64,000 nt of DNA from Candidatus Magasanikiibacteriota bacterium. Its GTDB lineage: Bacteria > Patescibacteriota > Patescibacteriia > Magasanikbacterales > UBA922. Position numbers and translations under genes: made by a program. The stretch is from positions 1,052 to 65,051 of the forward strand of contig JBAYUH010000002.1 in the NCBI GenBank assembly GCA_041675185.1, written 5' to 3'. The notes below the pieces were generated by a model. It made no database searches. It saw only the letters and a program-made list of their open reading frames with translations, and was not told the DNA's origin. This document shows, piece after piece, positions 18,472-27,237 of this stretch (position 1 is its first letter; each line of letters opens with the position of its first letter).

Positions 18472-19350
18472 TCAAACAAAAAACAACTCCCCATGAAAAT
18501 CTTTGGAAACATCTACATTATTATCAGCATACAAAATTACATATTGAAAACTATATACTTCCAACAAAATTTCTTTGTCCACCATATATAGACAAGTTGC
18601 CAAAGCATCAGCCAACATCGCACTATCAGCTATTACCCACGTTGCCAAAACATCTTTTGAAGATTCCAAAGTTTTTGGATTTATTATGTGATTGAATTTC
18701 CCCCATTTACGACGACTACCAGAAGAAGCGCAGATACTTTGATTACAAATCTCAGCCACACCAATCACTTGTGAAAAATCATTAGGATTTTCCAAACCCA
18801 CACGCATTTTTTCTTGTCCATTATTTTGATAAAAAATATCTCCACCAGCATCCACACAAAAATAATTTATATTAGAATCAATCAACATCTGACTCACAAT
18901 ATCTATTATATATCCTTTACCACAAGCACCAAAATCCAAAACTGTTTTCTGTTTTACAGTCAAATTTGGAAAATCATAATCCAACACATCTTCCCAAGGT
19001 AGTGGCTTTGTTATAATTTCTTTTTGTTTTAGAGAATATTTAGCATCATAACCAGCGTCCACCAAAGTCTTACCAATAAGTGGTGTGAAGACACCTTGAG
19101 TCAAGGCATACAAATCATAGTACAAATCAAACAACGGCTTGGCATCATCTGACAAAACATAATTTCCAGGTTTACTAACCATTTTTGAAAGCCAAGAATC
19201 TTCACGAAAACGAGAATAAGTTTGTTCAAATTTTTCTATTCTATTTTTTATTTTCGTAAAAAAATTCGTCTGATCCAAGACAGACGAATCCAAAATGTCA
19301 ATTTGCCAATGAGTACCAATGGCTTCAAATTGAATACTATTTTTAGTCAT
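18472..19350 (-). CDS. apbE: ApbE-family FAD:protein FMN transferase (flavin transferase)
   Basis: ApbE-like motifs FEAIGTHWQIDI, DFGACGKGY and ADALAT. No N-terminal signal peptide is apparent. Confidence 0.7.
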   Translation of the reverse strand: MTKNSIQFEAIGTHWQIDILDSSVLDQTNFFTKIKNRIEKFEQTYSRFREDSWLSKMVSKPGNYVLSDDAKPLFDLYYDLYALTQGVFTPLIGKTLVDAGYDAKYSLKQKEIITKPLPWEDVLDYDFPNLTVKQKTVLDFGACGKGYIIDIVSQMLIDSNINYFCVDAGGDIFYQNNGQEKMRVGLENPNDFSQVIGVAEICNQSICASSGSRRKWGKFNHIINPKTLESSKDVLATWVIADSAMLADALATCLYMVDKEILLEVYSFQYVILYADNNVDVSKDFHGELFFV

Positions 19351-19355
19351 ATATA

Positions 19356-19931
19356 TTATAAAGAAGCTTGTGATTTTATTATAGAAACAGCATTATTGAA
19401 ACCTTGAGTAGTCAAAGAAGCTCCAGCAACTCTATTTAAATTTAGAGAACTGATGTCTTTACCCACAACTTGTGATTTTAAATTATCAGAAAACATATTT
19501 TGATAAGCAAGGGCAGTTCTGTTATTAGACATAGTCTGAACATTAACATCTGTAACAATATCATTTTGCAATGTAAGACTTATTCCTATAGTTTCTTGAC
19601 CACTAGGAGCACGGTATTGCCCTGTAGTAGAATAACTTCCATCTTTATATTGATTCATCATACTACCATTACCACCCATCATACCAGAACCAGAAGTACC
19701 TGCACTATTATTTGAAACAGTGGTAGGCGCTACTTGTTCACTAGTATTAGAATTTCCCATCACACTAGGATCAATATTTTGAGTAATTGGAATTTGTGAG
19801 ACACTATTATTTGAATCAATAGGTGTCTGATTAGTGGTACTAGTAACTCCACAACCACTAGCCAAAAAAGCCAAAGTAAGTACAGCAACTAATACTAACA
19901 AATTTGGTAAATTACTTATCTGTTTTTTCAT
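19356..19931 (-). CDS. FMN-binding-domain lipoprotein (probable ApbE flavinylation substrate)
   Basis: Lipobox LASGC and a low-complexity S/T/N/G linker. The C-terminal ~90 aa (YKDGSYSTTGQY...VTDVNVQ...RVAGASLTTQGFNNAV) fit the FMN_bind consensus, with S in place of the usual flavinylated T. Confidence 0.5.
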   Translation of the reverse strand: MKKQISNLPNLLVLVAVLTLAFLASGCGVTSTTNQTPIDSNNSVSQIPITQNIDPSVMGNSNTSEQVAPTTVSNNSAGTSGSGMMGGNGSMMNQYKDGSYSTTGQYRAPSGQETIGISLTLQNDIVTDVNVQTMSNNRTALAYQNMFSDNLKSQVVGKDISSLNLNRVAGASLTTQGFNNAVSIIKSQASL

Positions 19932-20135
19932 ATAAAAAAATTAAAATTAAGACCGAACTATTATAACATACTTCGACATAACAGCCTATACTGCAATATG
20001 AACATTAAATTAAATAGTATACTAATTCTATATAATATACTACGCAAATAATAAAACTTTTATTTCAAACAAAGCTTTTTGGCTTAATCTAAAACAAAAA
20101 AACAGAACCTTCCAGCTCTGTCTTTGATAATTTTA

Positions 20136-21431
20136 TTATCTTTCTCCTCTAGTTTGACTACGTCCATATTGACGTTCACGACGGAAGTTACGGTGACGAT
20201 TTTGATTTTGTCCTTGACCTCCACGCTGACGATTGGCAAAATTTTGTCTTGCTGGTGCCGGATTATTTCGTACTGGCAAATAGTCACTTACAGGTTCATG
20301 AGGCATAATTGGCAAATCTAAAATAGGCAAAGATTTGCGAATCAATTTTTCTATTTTTCTAATATCAGATTTTTCTGGTGGAGTTACAAAAGAAATTGCT
20401 TTACCAAATTTACCAGCACGACCAGTACGTCCAATACGATGCACATAATCTTCTGAATTGTCTGGCAAATCAAAATTGATAACAAGAGAAATTTGTTTGA
20501 CATCTATTCCTCTAGCAGCAATATCTGTAGCAACCATAATACGAAATCTACCTTTACTAAATCCATCAAGTGCAGTTTTACGTTGAGCTTGAGTACGGTT
20601 GGAATGAATTTCAGTTACAGTATGATTGGCAATACGAATATCACGAGTAATACGTTTGGCACCATGTTTGGTACGAGAAAAAATAAGTATTGTATCTTGT
20701 TTATAAGTATTCAAAAGAGAATAAAGCAAACGCATTTTGTCCAATTTACTTACAATAAAAACTTCTTGCTCTACATTTTCAGCAGAAGTACCTTGTGGAG
20801 CAATTTCAATTCTAAGTGGCATTTTCATAAAAGCACTAGCCAAACTAGAAATTGAAGGTGGCATAGTTGCTGAAAAAAGCATTGTTTGTTTTTCTTTTGG
20901 AGCTTTTTGCAAAATACGTCTTATTTGTGGCAAAAATCCCACATCAAGCATTCTGTCTGCTTCATCCAAGATCAACACTTTTACATTGTCTAATCGAAAA
21001 TATCTTTGTTCCATCAAATCATCAAGACGGCCAGGAGTAGCAATCACAATATGAGGGTTAGCTTTCAAATCCTTGATTTGAGGACGAGAAGATACACCAC
21101 CAATAATTACAGCTGAACGCATACCAAGAGGTCCACCAATTTGTTTCAGAGCATCAGCTACTTGCTGAGCCAATTCACGAGTTGGAACCAAAATCAGACC
21201 TTGTCCTCTACTGGTCGCTAGACGCTGAAGAAGAGGGATACCATAAGCTAGAGTTTTGCCTGTACCAGTCTGTGCAATACCTACAACATCTTTTCCTTCT
21301 AGAGCACCAGGAATTACCTGATGTTGGATAGGTGTAGGAGTAAAAAATCCTTTTTGTTTAAGAATTTCCAAGAAATTCTTACTTATACCAAGATCGTCGA
21401 AACGACCAGTATTTGATTGTTTTTCTGTCAT
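20136..21431 (-). CDS. DEAD-box ATP-dependent RNA helicase with RG-rich C-terminal tail
   Basis: Motifs AQTGTGKT, PTRELA, DEAD (LDEADRML), SAT and HRIGRTGRAG. The ATG at 21431 is preferred over the track start at 21461. Confidence 0.85.
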   Translation of the reverse strand: MTEKQSNTGRFDDLGISKNFLEILKQKGFFTPTPIQHQVIPGALEGKDVVGIAQTGTGKTLAYGIPLLQRLATSRGQGLILVPTRELAQQVADALKQIGGPLGMRSAVIIGGVSSRPQIKDLKANPHIVIATPGRLDDLMEQRYFRLDNVKVLILDEADRMLDVGFLPQIRRILQKAPKEKQTMLFSATMPPSISSLASAFMKMPLRIEIAPQGTSAENVEQEVFIVSKLDKMRLLYSLLNTYKQDTILIFSRTKHGAKRITRDIRIANHTVTEIHSNRTQAQRKTALDGFSKGRFRIMVATDIAARGIDVKQISLVINFDLPDNSEDYVHRIGRTGRAGKFGKAISFVTPPEKSDIRKIEKLIRKSLPILDLPIMPHEPVSDYLPVRNNPAPARQNFANRQRGGQGQNQNRHRNFRRERQYGRSQTRGER

Positions 21432-21632
21432 AAAAAAAATTGTGTGACCCAATATTTCCAAGAGTCACACATTTATCCGCCTTTGGCGGATTGACACAAA
21501 AAAAATCGAGTCGCAGGGCTGTAATCAGCCGTGCATATAAATTAAGACGTCAGTATAGCAAAGAAACACTATCCTGTCAAGAGCCAAAACAAAAAAATCA
21601 TTATAATTAAGCCAAAAAAACACACAGCTACC

Positions 21633-21661
21633 TTGACAAAAAACATCTTATATGCTATACT
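21633..21661 (+). promoter_or_regulatory. Sigma70-like promoter for the cold-shock gene: -35 ttgaca, 17-bp spacer, -10 tatact, followed by a ~95-nt 5' UTR
   Basis: Consensus hexamers seen directly. Confidence 0.5.
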
Positions 21662-21758
21662 ATTTTTCGTAGCTTAGGTTACAAAATATTCAAAGAGTAG
21701 AGATAAAGTCGAATTTCTGCATCTTGGTATTTAATTCACATTATCTTTACATACATAT

Positions 21759-21953
21759 ATGCAAGGAACAATCAAAAAATTGACAGACAAAAACTTTGGT
21801 TTTATCTCTCAAGATGGCGGCGACGATTTATTTTTTCACGCCAACAGTTTAGCAGGTGTTGACTTCTCTGAATTAAGAGAAGGCGATGCTGTTACTTTTG
21901 AAGTAGAAAATACTCCAAAAGGAAAAGCTGCTACAAACGTACAAAAAGCTTAA
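21759..21953 (+). CDS. Cold-shock protein (CspA family, cold-shock domain)
   Basis: MQGTIKKLTDKNFGFISQDGGDDLFFHANSL shows the RNP1/RNP2-type CSD motifs; 64 aa. Confidence 0.85.
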   Translation: MQGTIKKLTDKNFGFISQDGGDDLFFHANSLAGVDFSELREGDAVTFEVENTPKGKAATNVQKA

Positions 21954-21973
21954 TAACTTTTATACTAAAAAAT

Positions 21974-22000
21974 AGTCCCGATAAAATCGGGACTATTTTT
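21974..22000. terminator. Bidirectional rho-independent terminator between csp and the convergent small gene
   Basis: Hairpin agtcccgat-aaa-atcgggact with a T-run on one side and an A-run on the other. Confidence 0.7.
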
Positions 22001-22012
22001 ATTTGTAAAAAT

Positions 22013-22207
22013 TTATTTAGCTTTAGATGGCTTGGCTAATCTATTACCCATACTACGCTGTCTCTCTGCACCAGCTTGGCTATTTTCTTTGGCATGGAAA
22101 CCATCTTGACGAGACACTTGTTTCTTATATTTACCAAAAGAGATAGTCAAATCTTGACCTTTTTTGTGCTCTATTTTTTTCAAATTTTTGAGAACTTTAC
22201 TTAACAT
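22013..22207 (-). CDS. Hypothetical small basic protein (64 aa)
   Basis: The ORF is bounded by terminators. It is K/R-rich with no recognisable family. Confidence 0.3.
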   Translation of the reverse strand: MLSKVLKNLKKIEHKKGQDLTISFGKYKKQVSRQDGFHAKENSQAGAERQRSMGNRLAKPSKAK

Positions 22208-22307
22208 ATATGTTTATTTTAAAAAAATAAATATACTATATAATACTTACTTAGTATAACCTATTTTCAAAGATAAGAAAAGAGAGAAACTTTATCTGTG
22301 TATTTAG

Positions 22308-22379
22308 CTCCCAGAGCAGGATTCGAACCTACGACATCCACGTTAACAGCGTGGCGTTCTACCACTGAACTATCCGGGA
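22308..22379 (-). tRNA. tRNA-Asn (anticodon GTT)
   Basis: The reverse complement folds as a cloverleaf: acceptor TCCCGGA/TCTGGGA, anticodon stem CCACG/CGTGG, loop CTGTTAA, and T-arm GTAGGTTCGAATCCTGC. Confidence 0.85.
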
Positions 22380-22390
22380 ATATTTAGAAT

Positions 22391-22422
22391 AAAAATCCCG
22401 CTTTTTAGCGGGTTATTTTTTG
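22391..22422 (-). terminator. Rho-independent terminator downstream of the rhodanese gene
   Basis: Hairpin cccgc-ttttta-gcggg flanked by A- and T-runs. Confidence 0.6.
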
Positions 22423-22537
22423 TTCAGAAAAATGACACCCACTATTGGCTGATATTATTATTCAAATTATTGTTATTTGATAGTTGTATCATAACTATAA
22501 TATATTACTATATTTACTTTGAATTGTCAAATATTTT

Positions 22538-22852
22538 TTAATCATTCTCAAACATATTGTATACCATAAAACCACCTACCAGATTATAGACATTTGTATA
22601 ACCTTGGCTTTCCAAAAAATTAGTAGCCAGAGCACTACGTGTGCCAGAGTGACAAACACAAACAATAGTTTCTGATTTGTCTGTTAACTTATTCAGAAAC
22701 TCTTTTTCAAGAATATCCAATGGTACAAGCAATGAACCAGGTATATGACCTTCTTCATATTCTGATTTACTGCGTACATCGAGTATAATAAATTTTTTGG
22801 CCTGTTTTTGCCATTCTTTCAATTCTAGAGTATTAACTGTTTTCATATACAC
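22538..22852 (-). CDS. Single-domain rhodanese-like sulfurtransferase
   Basis: Active-site loop CVCHSGTRS; 104 aa. Confidence 0.75.
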   Translation of the reverse strand: MYMKTVNTLELKEWQKQAKKFIILDVRSKSEYEEGHIPGSLLVPLDILEKEFLNKLTDKSETIVCVCHSGTRSALATNFLESQGYTNVYNLVGGFMVYNMFEND

Positions 22853-22964
22853 TACTTATATAAATTAAAATATTACAATCTATACTACAAAATTCATAAC
22901 AAACCGTCAAGAAACAAAAAGCTGCCCACAAGCATGTGGCAGCTTTTTTTGAAAAAGACAATCA

Positions 22965-23192
22965 TTATACTGTCTTTCCTGTTGTACATTCTTTACAATC
23001 TTTTTTGTGAGTAAACAATACTACTAAACCAGACAAACCTACAAGTATGTAGATAACTCTAGATAAAACAGCTGTTTGACCACCAAAAAGTTGACCAACA
23101 TCCCAACCAAATAAACCTAATAATAACCAATTCAAAGCTCCTACCACAACTAGCAAGAAAGCTATCATATGTAATCCTTTCATATACTTCAC
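22965..23192 (-). CDS. DUF378-family small membrane protein
   Basis: IAFLLVVVGALNWLLLGLFGWDVGQLFGG is the characteristic DUF378 motif. Confidence 0.6.
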   Translation of the reverse strand: MKYMKGLHMIAFLLVVVGALNWLLLGLFGWDVGQLFGGQTAVLSRVIYILVGLSGLVVLFTHKKDCKECTTGKTV

Positions 23193-23223
23193 CCCCTTTC
23201 TAAAATATTAGTTGAATAATACT

Positions 23224-24207
23224 TTATCTAATACCAATAAGATTTCTTATTTCTTTCATTGTGACTCTCGCAATCTTGGAAGCTTTCTCTTCACCTTCAG
23301 AAAGTACTGTAGCCAAAAAACTTCTATCTTCCAAAAATTGTGTACGGTCATTGCGAAACTCTTCAAAATATTCACTTATTGATTGTGCCAATTTTTCTTT
23401 CAACTCTCCGTATTTAATAGTACCATTTTTTTGTGCTTCAGCAAATTTATTATACACAGCTTTACCGGCAAAGTTTTTTAGTAATAAAAATAAATTTTCT
23501 ACACCCGGAGATTTTTCTCCTGATTCAGTAGCAGTGACAGCTTTTTTTAATTTTGCAAAAATTACTTCTGGTTCATCAGCCAATTCTAATACACTATTCA
23601 TACCATAACTCTTGCTCATTTTTTTTGTTGGTTCCACTAGACTCATTATTTTTGGTGTTTCTGTTAGTAACACTTTTGTTTCTGGAAAATATTTTCCATA
23701 ACGATTATTAAACCAACGTGCAATATCACGAGTAATTTCTACATGTTGTACTTGATCCTGTCCGACAGGAACTAAATTTCCATGATACATCAAAATATCA
23801 GCTGCCTGCAAAATTGGATAAGTCAAAAGACCAGTATTAATATTTTTGGCTTGTTTTTGAGATTTATCTTTGTATTGAGTCATTCTTTCCAATTCAGCAA
23901 TAGGAGTAATTGTATTGAAAATCCAAGCCAACTCAGTATGCTCTTGTACATGAGATTGAACAAAAAATGTTGATTTCTTAGGATCAATACCTAGAGCTAG
24001 AAGTTCAGCACCCATAAGAATAATCTGTTCACGTCTATCTTGGGCAGTTTTGTCTCCAGTCATAGCATGATAATCTGCTATACAAAAATAACAATCATAG
24101 TCAGGATTTTTCTGTAATTCTACCCAATTTTTCAAAGCTCCCAGATAATTACCTACATGCAAATTGCCAGTCGGCTGGATAGCGGAAAAAACGATTTTTT
24201 TACTCAT
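23224..24207 (-). CDS. trpS: Tryptophan--tRNA ligase
   Basis: Class I motifs QPTGNLHVGNYLGA (HIGH-like) and KMSKS; 327 aa. Confidence 0.85.
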   Translation of the reverse strand: MSKKIVFSAIQPTGNLHVGNYLGALKNWVELQKNPDYDCYFCIADYHAMTGDKTAQDRREQIILMGAELLALGIDPKKSTFFVQSHVQEHTELAWIFNTITPIAELERMTQYKDKSQKQAKNINTGLLTYPILQAADILMYHGNLVPVGQDQVQHVEITRDIARWFNNRYGKYFPETKVLLTETPKIMSLVEPTKKMSKSYGMNSVLELADEPEVIFAKLKKAVTATESGEKSPGVENLFLLLKNFAGKAVYNKFAEAQKNGTIKYGELKEKLAQSISEYFEEFRNDRTQFLEDRSFLATVLSEGEEKASKIARVTMKEIRNLIGIR

Positions 24208-24298
24208 ACAAATTATTTACTTAGCTAAAATATAATTATACTTTATCATAAAAATAGAATAATACAAGTGTCTTTCATAAAAATATAAAAACAAACTA

Positions 24299-24559
24299 CT
24301 ATTTTTGTCTTATTTTAGATTCTTGTAAAATTAATTGAAGAAAATTATATACAAATTTTTTGTCCAAATTTAATTTTTCTGAAAGTTCATTATATTTTTT
24401 TAAAATTTCTACTTCTCTGTTTTTATCTTCAACAGTCATGTTTTCTAATTTCTTAATTTTTCCAATTTTATCAGTCAAAGCAAAACGTCTGGACAATAAT
24501 TCCAAAATATTTTTGTCAACGCAATCTATTTTTTTACGTAAACATTTTATTTTTTTCAT
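24299..24559 (-). CDS. Chorismate mutase, AroQ class (CM type II), 86 aa
   Basis: Pattern R..ID..D..I..LL..R......IG..K with conserved R/K/E positions; all-helical size. Confidence 0.5.
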   Translation of the reverse strand: MKKIKCLRKKIDCVDKNILELLSRRFALTDKIGKIKKLENMTVEDKNREVEILKKYNELSEKLNLDKKFVYNFLQLILQESKIRQK

Positions 24560-24577
24560 AGAAACTAAATCAAATTA

Positions 24578-24610
24578 CATTCCCCATTCCCCGTTCCCCA
24601 TTCCTCACTC
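24578..24610 (-). repeat. G-rich motif (mRNA sense GGAGTGAGGAATGGGGAACGGGGAATGGGGAATG) immediately 3' of the pgk stop and ~20 nt upstream of the chorismate mutase start. It is copy A of a two-copy element
   Basis: Seen directly. A 13-nt core cgttccccattcc is identical to the copy at 25973..26001. Confidence 0.8.
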
Positions 24611-24612
24611 CA

Positions 24613-25815
24613 CTATAATATCTTCACACCAGGTAATTTTTTTCCAGACAAAAATTCCAACATTGCTCCGCCACCAGTAGAGATATGATCTATATATTCA
24701 GACATTTTGACAGCCTCAAGACTGAGCAAAGTTTCTCCACCACCCACCACACCAAAAGCTTTACCTTTTGACCTACTAGCGACAAGACGCGCAATACTAT
24801 AAGTCCCATGATGATAAGGTCTTTGTTCAAAATAACCCATGGCTCCATTCCAGACAATAGTCTTAGCTTTTTTGATATATTTGGAAAATTCAAAAATTGT
24901 TTTTGGACCAATATCATAAATTGCCAAATTCTTGTCAGTAATTTTGAAATTTTTGTTGATATCCATTACAAAATATTTTTTACCTTTGCTATCACCTACT
25001 ACAACATCCAATGGTTTGATGACTTTTTTGTTTTGGCAATATTTTAGAATTTCTTTTGTCATTTTTTTATCAATAATAGATGAACCAATTTTGAATCCCT
25101 TAGCATAAAGATAAGTATTGACTATTCCGCCACCAATCAGAATCTGATTACTTTTTTTCAAAAGATTTTTTATGACAGGAATTTTTGTTTCTGATTTTAT
25201 TCCACCAACAATTACTACAAATGGTTTTTTTGGATTTTTCAAAACTTTTGACAAACTCTTGACTTCTTCTTCTAGTAATAAACCAGCATAGCTTGGCAAA
25301 TATTTTGCTACACCAACCACAGAAGCATCAGCTCGATGAGAAACAGCAAAACCATCTAGTACAAAAATATCAGCCAAATTGGCTAACTCTTGAGCTAATT
25401 TTCCCTTATTACCTTCCTCATCTGAAGAAAAACGAATATTTTCAAGCATAGCGATTTGACCTGGTAACATCGCATCAATACTAGTCCACAAATCCAATCT
25501 AATTTCCATAGCTTTTTGTTCATCTTTTGGCCAATCTTTACTATCCAATTTGATTATCTTTTGTCCTAATAATTTTCCAAGATGTGAAGCCAATGGATCC
25601 ACTTTCAAAGATGGTATTATTTTACCCTCTGGACGACCAAGATGAGTAACCAAAATAATTTTTGCTTTCTTGTTTTGCAGAGCTTGAATAGTTGGCAAGG
25701 ATTTCACAATTTTTTCATCATCCAAAATTTTGCCTTTTTCAAAAGGAACGTTGTAATCGACTCGTAAAAGTACAATTTTATTTGTTAAATTTTTTAGCTT
25801 ATTAATTGTCTTCAT
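24613..25815 (-). CDS. pgk: Phosphoglycerate kinase
   Basis: RVDYNVP, ILVTHLGRPEGK and a C-terminal GGGAMLEF; 400 aa. Confidence 0.9.
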   Translation of the reverse strand: MKTINKLKNLTNKIVLLRVDYNVPFEKGKILDDEKIVKSLPTIQALQNKKAKIILVTHLGRPEGKIIPSLKVDPLASHLGKLLGQKIIKLDSKDWPKDEQKAMEIRLDLWTSIDAMLPGQIAMLENIRFSSDEEGNKGKLAQELANLADIFVLDGFAVSHRADASVVGVAKYLPSYAGLLLEEEVKSLSKVLKNPKKPFVVIVGGIKSETKIPVIKNLLKKSNQILIGGGIVNTYLYAKGFKIGSSIIDKKMTKEILKYCQNKKVIKPLDVVVGDSKGKKYFVMDINKNFKITDKNLAIYDIGPKTIFEFSKYIKKAKTIVWNGAMGYFEQRPYHHGTYSIARLVASRSKGKAFGVVGGGETLLSLEAVKMSEYIDHISTGGGAMLEFLSGKKLPGVKIL

Positions 25816-25833
25816 AAAAAAAATTTATGAATT

Positions 25834-25927
25834 CCCCTCCTATTAGGAGGGGCTAGGGGAGGTCTTTTGCAAGATAAAACGTCTTGCTCAAAGATGGACC
25901 CCCTCTAACTCCCCCTACTATGGGGAG
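25834..25927 (-). promoter_or_regulatory. Cluster of three GC-rich hairpins in the gap-pgk intergenic region / pgk 5' UTR
   Basis: cccctcct-atta-ggagggg (8-bp stem), gcaaga-taaaacg-tcttgc, and ctcccc-ctactat-ggggag, all seen directly. Confidence 0.6.
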
Positions 25928-25972
25928 AACCCTTTTTTCATAATTTTGTAAATTTCGTATTTAGAATTTTTC

Positions 25973-26001
25973 ATTCCATATTCCTCGTTCCCCATTCCAC
26001 A
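25973..26001 (-). repeat. Copy B of the G-rich motif (mRNA sense TGTGGAATGGGGAACGAGGAATATGGAATG) immediately 3' of the gap stop codon
   Basis: Shares the 13-nt core cgttccccattcc with copy A. Confidence 0.8.
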
Positions 26002-27012
26002 TTAATTCTTTCCTACAATCTCCACCATTTCCACCAACCTATTGGCATAACCCCACTCATTGTCATACCAAGAAATAATCTTGACCATGTTACCAGCTAC
26101 AACTTTAGTAAGACTAAGATCAGCGATAGAAGAATGAGCATTGCCAATAATATCTGATGAGACAATCTCTTCAGTAGTAGTTTCCAAAATTCCTTTTAGA
26201 TAAGTTTTGCTAGCTTTTATCAAAGCTTTGTTTATTTGATCCACAGTAACATCTTTTTTCAAAAGCAAAGTAAAGTCTGTCAGAGATCCAGTAATAGTAG
26301 GCACACGTATAGCCAAACCATCAAATTTGTTTTGGAGTTCTGGTACTACTCTTGTGGTAGCAATAGCAGCGCCTGTAGAAGTTGGAACAATATTTTGAGC
26401 AGCAGCTCTCGCACGACGCAAATCATGATTTGGACCATCTTGAAGATTTTGATCAGCTGTATAAGAGTGAATTGTAGTCAACATGGCTTTTTCAATACCA
26501 AATTCCATTTCCATAACACGCATAATTGGAGCTGTACAATTGGTAGTACAAGAAGCATTGTCAATAATTTTTTCTTTTTTATTTTTGTAAGTACCACAAT
26601 TGACACCACGGACATAAGTGTGGATATCTTCGCCTTTGCCAGGAGCTGACAATACGACTTTCTTGGCACCAGCTTGCAAATGCAATCCTGCTAATTCTAA
26701 AGTACGAAATACACCAGTACATTCAATCACCACATCTACTTTCAATTTTTTCCATGGTAATTCTTTTGGATCACGCATCGCAAAACTTGGAATTTTTTTA
26801 CCATTAACAATAATATTTTTTTCATCAAAACCAATTTTCAATTTCCTATCTGGATAGGCTGTGTCATATTTGAGCAAATGAGCCAAAGTCTTAGTATCAG
26901 TAAGATCATTGATAGCTACAACTTCGACATTTTTTTTTGCTTGAGCTACCTTGAAAGCATGACGTCCGATTCTACCAAAACCATTGATAGCGATTCTTAT
27001 TTTTTGAGACAT
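26002..27012 (-). CDS. gap: Glyceraldehyde-3-phosphate dehydrogenase (type I)
   Basis: N-terminus INGFGRIGR and active site ASCTTNCTAP; 336 aa. Confidence 0.9.
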   Translation of the reverse strand: MSQKIRIAINGFGRIGRHAFKVAQAKKNVEVVAINDLTDTKTLAHLLKYDTAYPDRKLKIGFDEKNIIVNGKKIPSFAMRDPKELPWKKLKVDVVIECTGVFRTLELAGLHLQAGAKKVVLSAPGKGEDIHTYVRGVNCGTYKNKKEKIIDNASCTTNCTAPIMRVMEMEFGIEKAMLTTIHSYTADQNLQDGPNHDLRRARAAAQNIVPTSTGAAIATTRVVPELQNKFDGLAIRVPTITGSLTDFTLLLKKDVTVDQINKALIKASKTYLKGILETTTEEIVSSDIIGNAHSSIADLSLTKVVAGNMVKIISWYDNEWGYANRLVEMVEIVGKN

Positions 27013-27028
27013 AAAATATAGTGTGATT

Positions 27029-27123
27029 AACCCGCAAAAACTTACGGGTTTGAGAAAAAACTTTCTTATAGAAATTCTACAATGAATTGAATTTTCTTGT
27101 CCCCCTTCTCGTGAGAGGGGGGA
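27029..27123 (-). promoter_or_regulatory. Two hairpins in the gap 5' leader: aacccg-caaaaacttac-gggtt 16 nt upstream of the ATG, and GC-rich cccccttctc-gtga-gagggggg
   Basis: Seen directly. Function unknown. Confidence 0.5.
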
Positions 27124-27237
27124 GTTAAATTTATAACATATCTATTTTACCAAAATTCAAAACTAAATACTAGACTGATATTGCCAAAAAAAGTGATAAG
27201 TGATAAAATAGCATCATAATTAATTTAATTATTTTCT

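Noticed and set aside
22013-22207. Small basic 64-aa ORF as a ribosomal protein (S21, L33 or L28)
   Set aside because: The sequence does not resemble any of these families from memory, so it is kept as a hypothetical protein.
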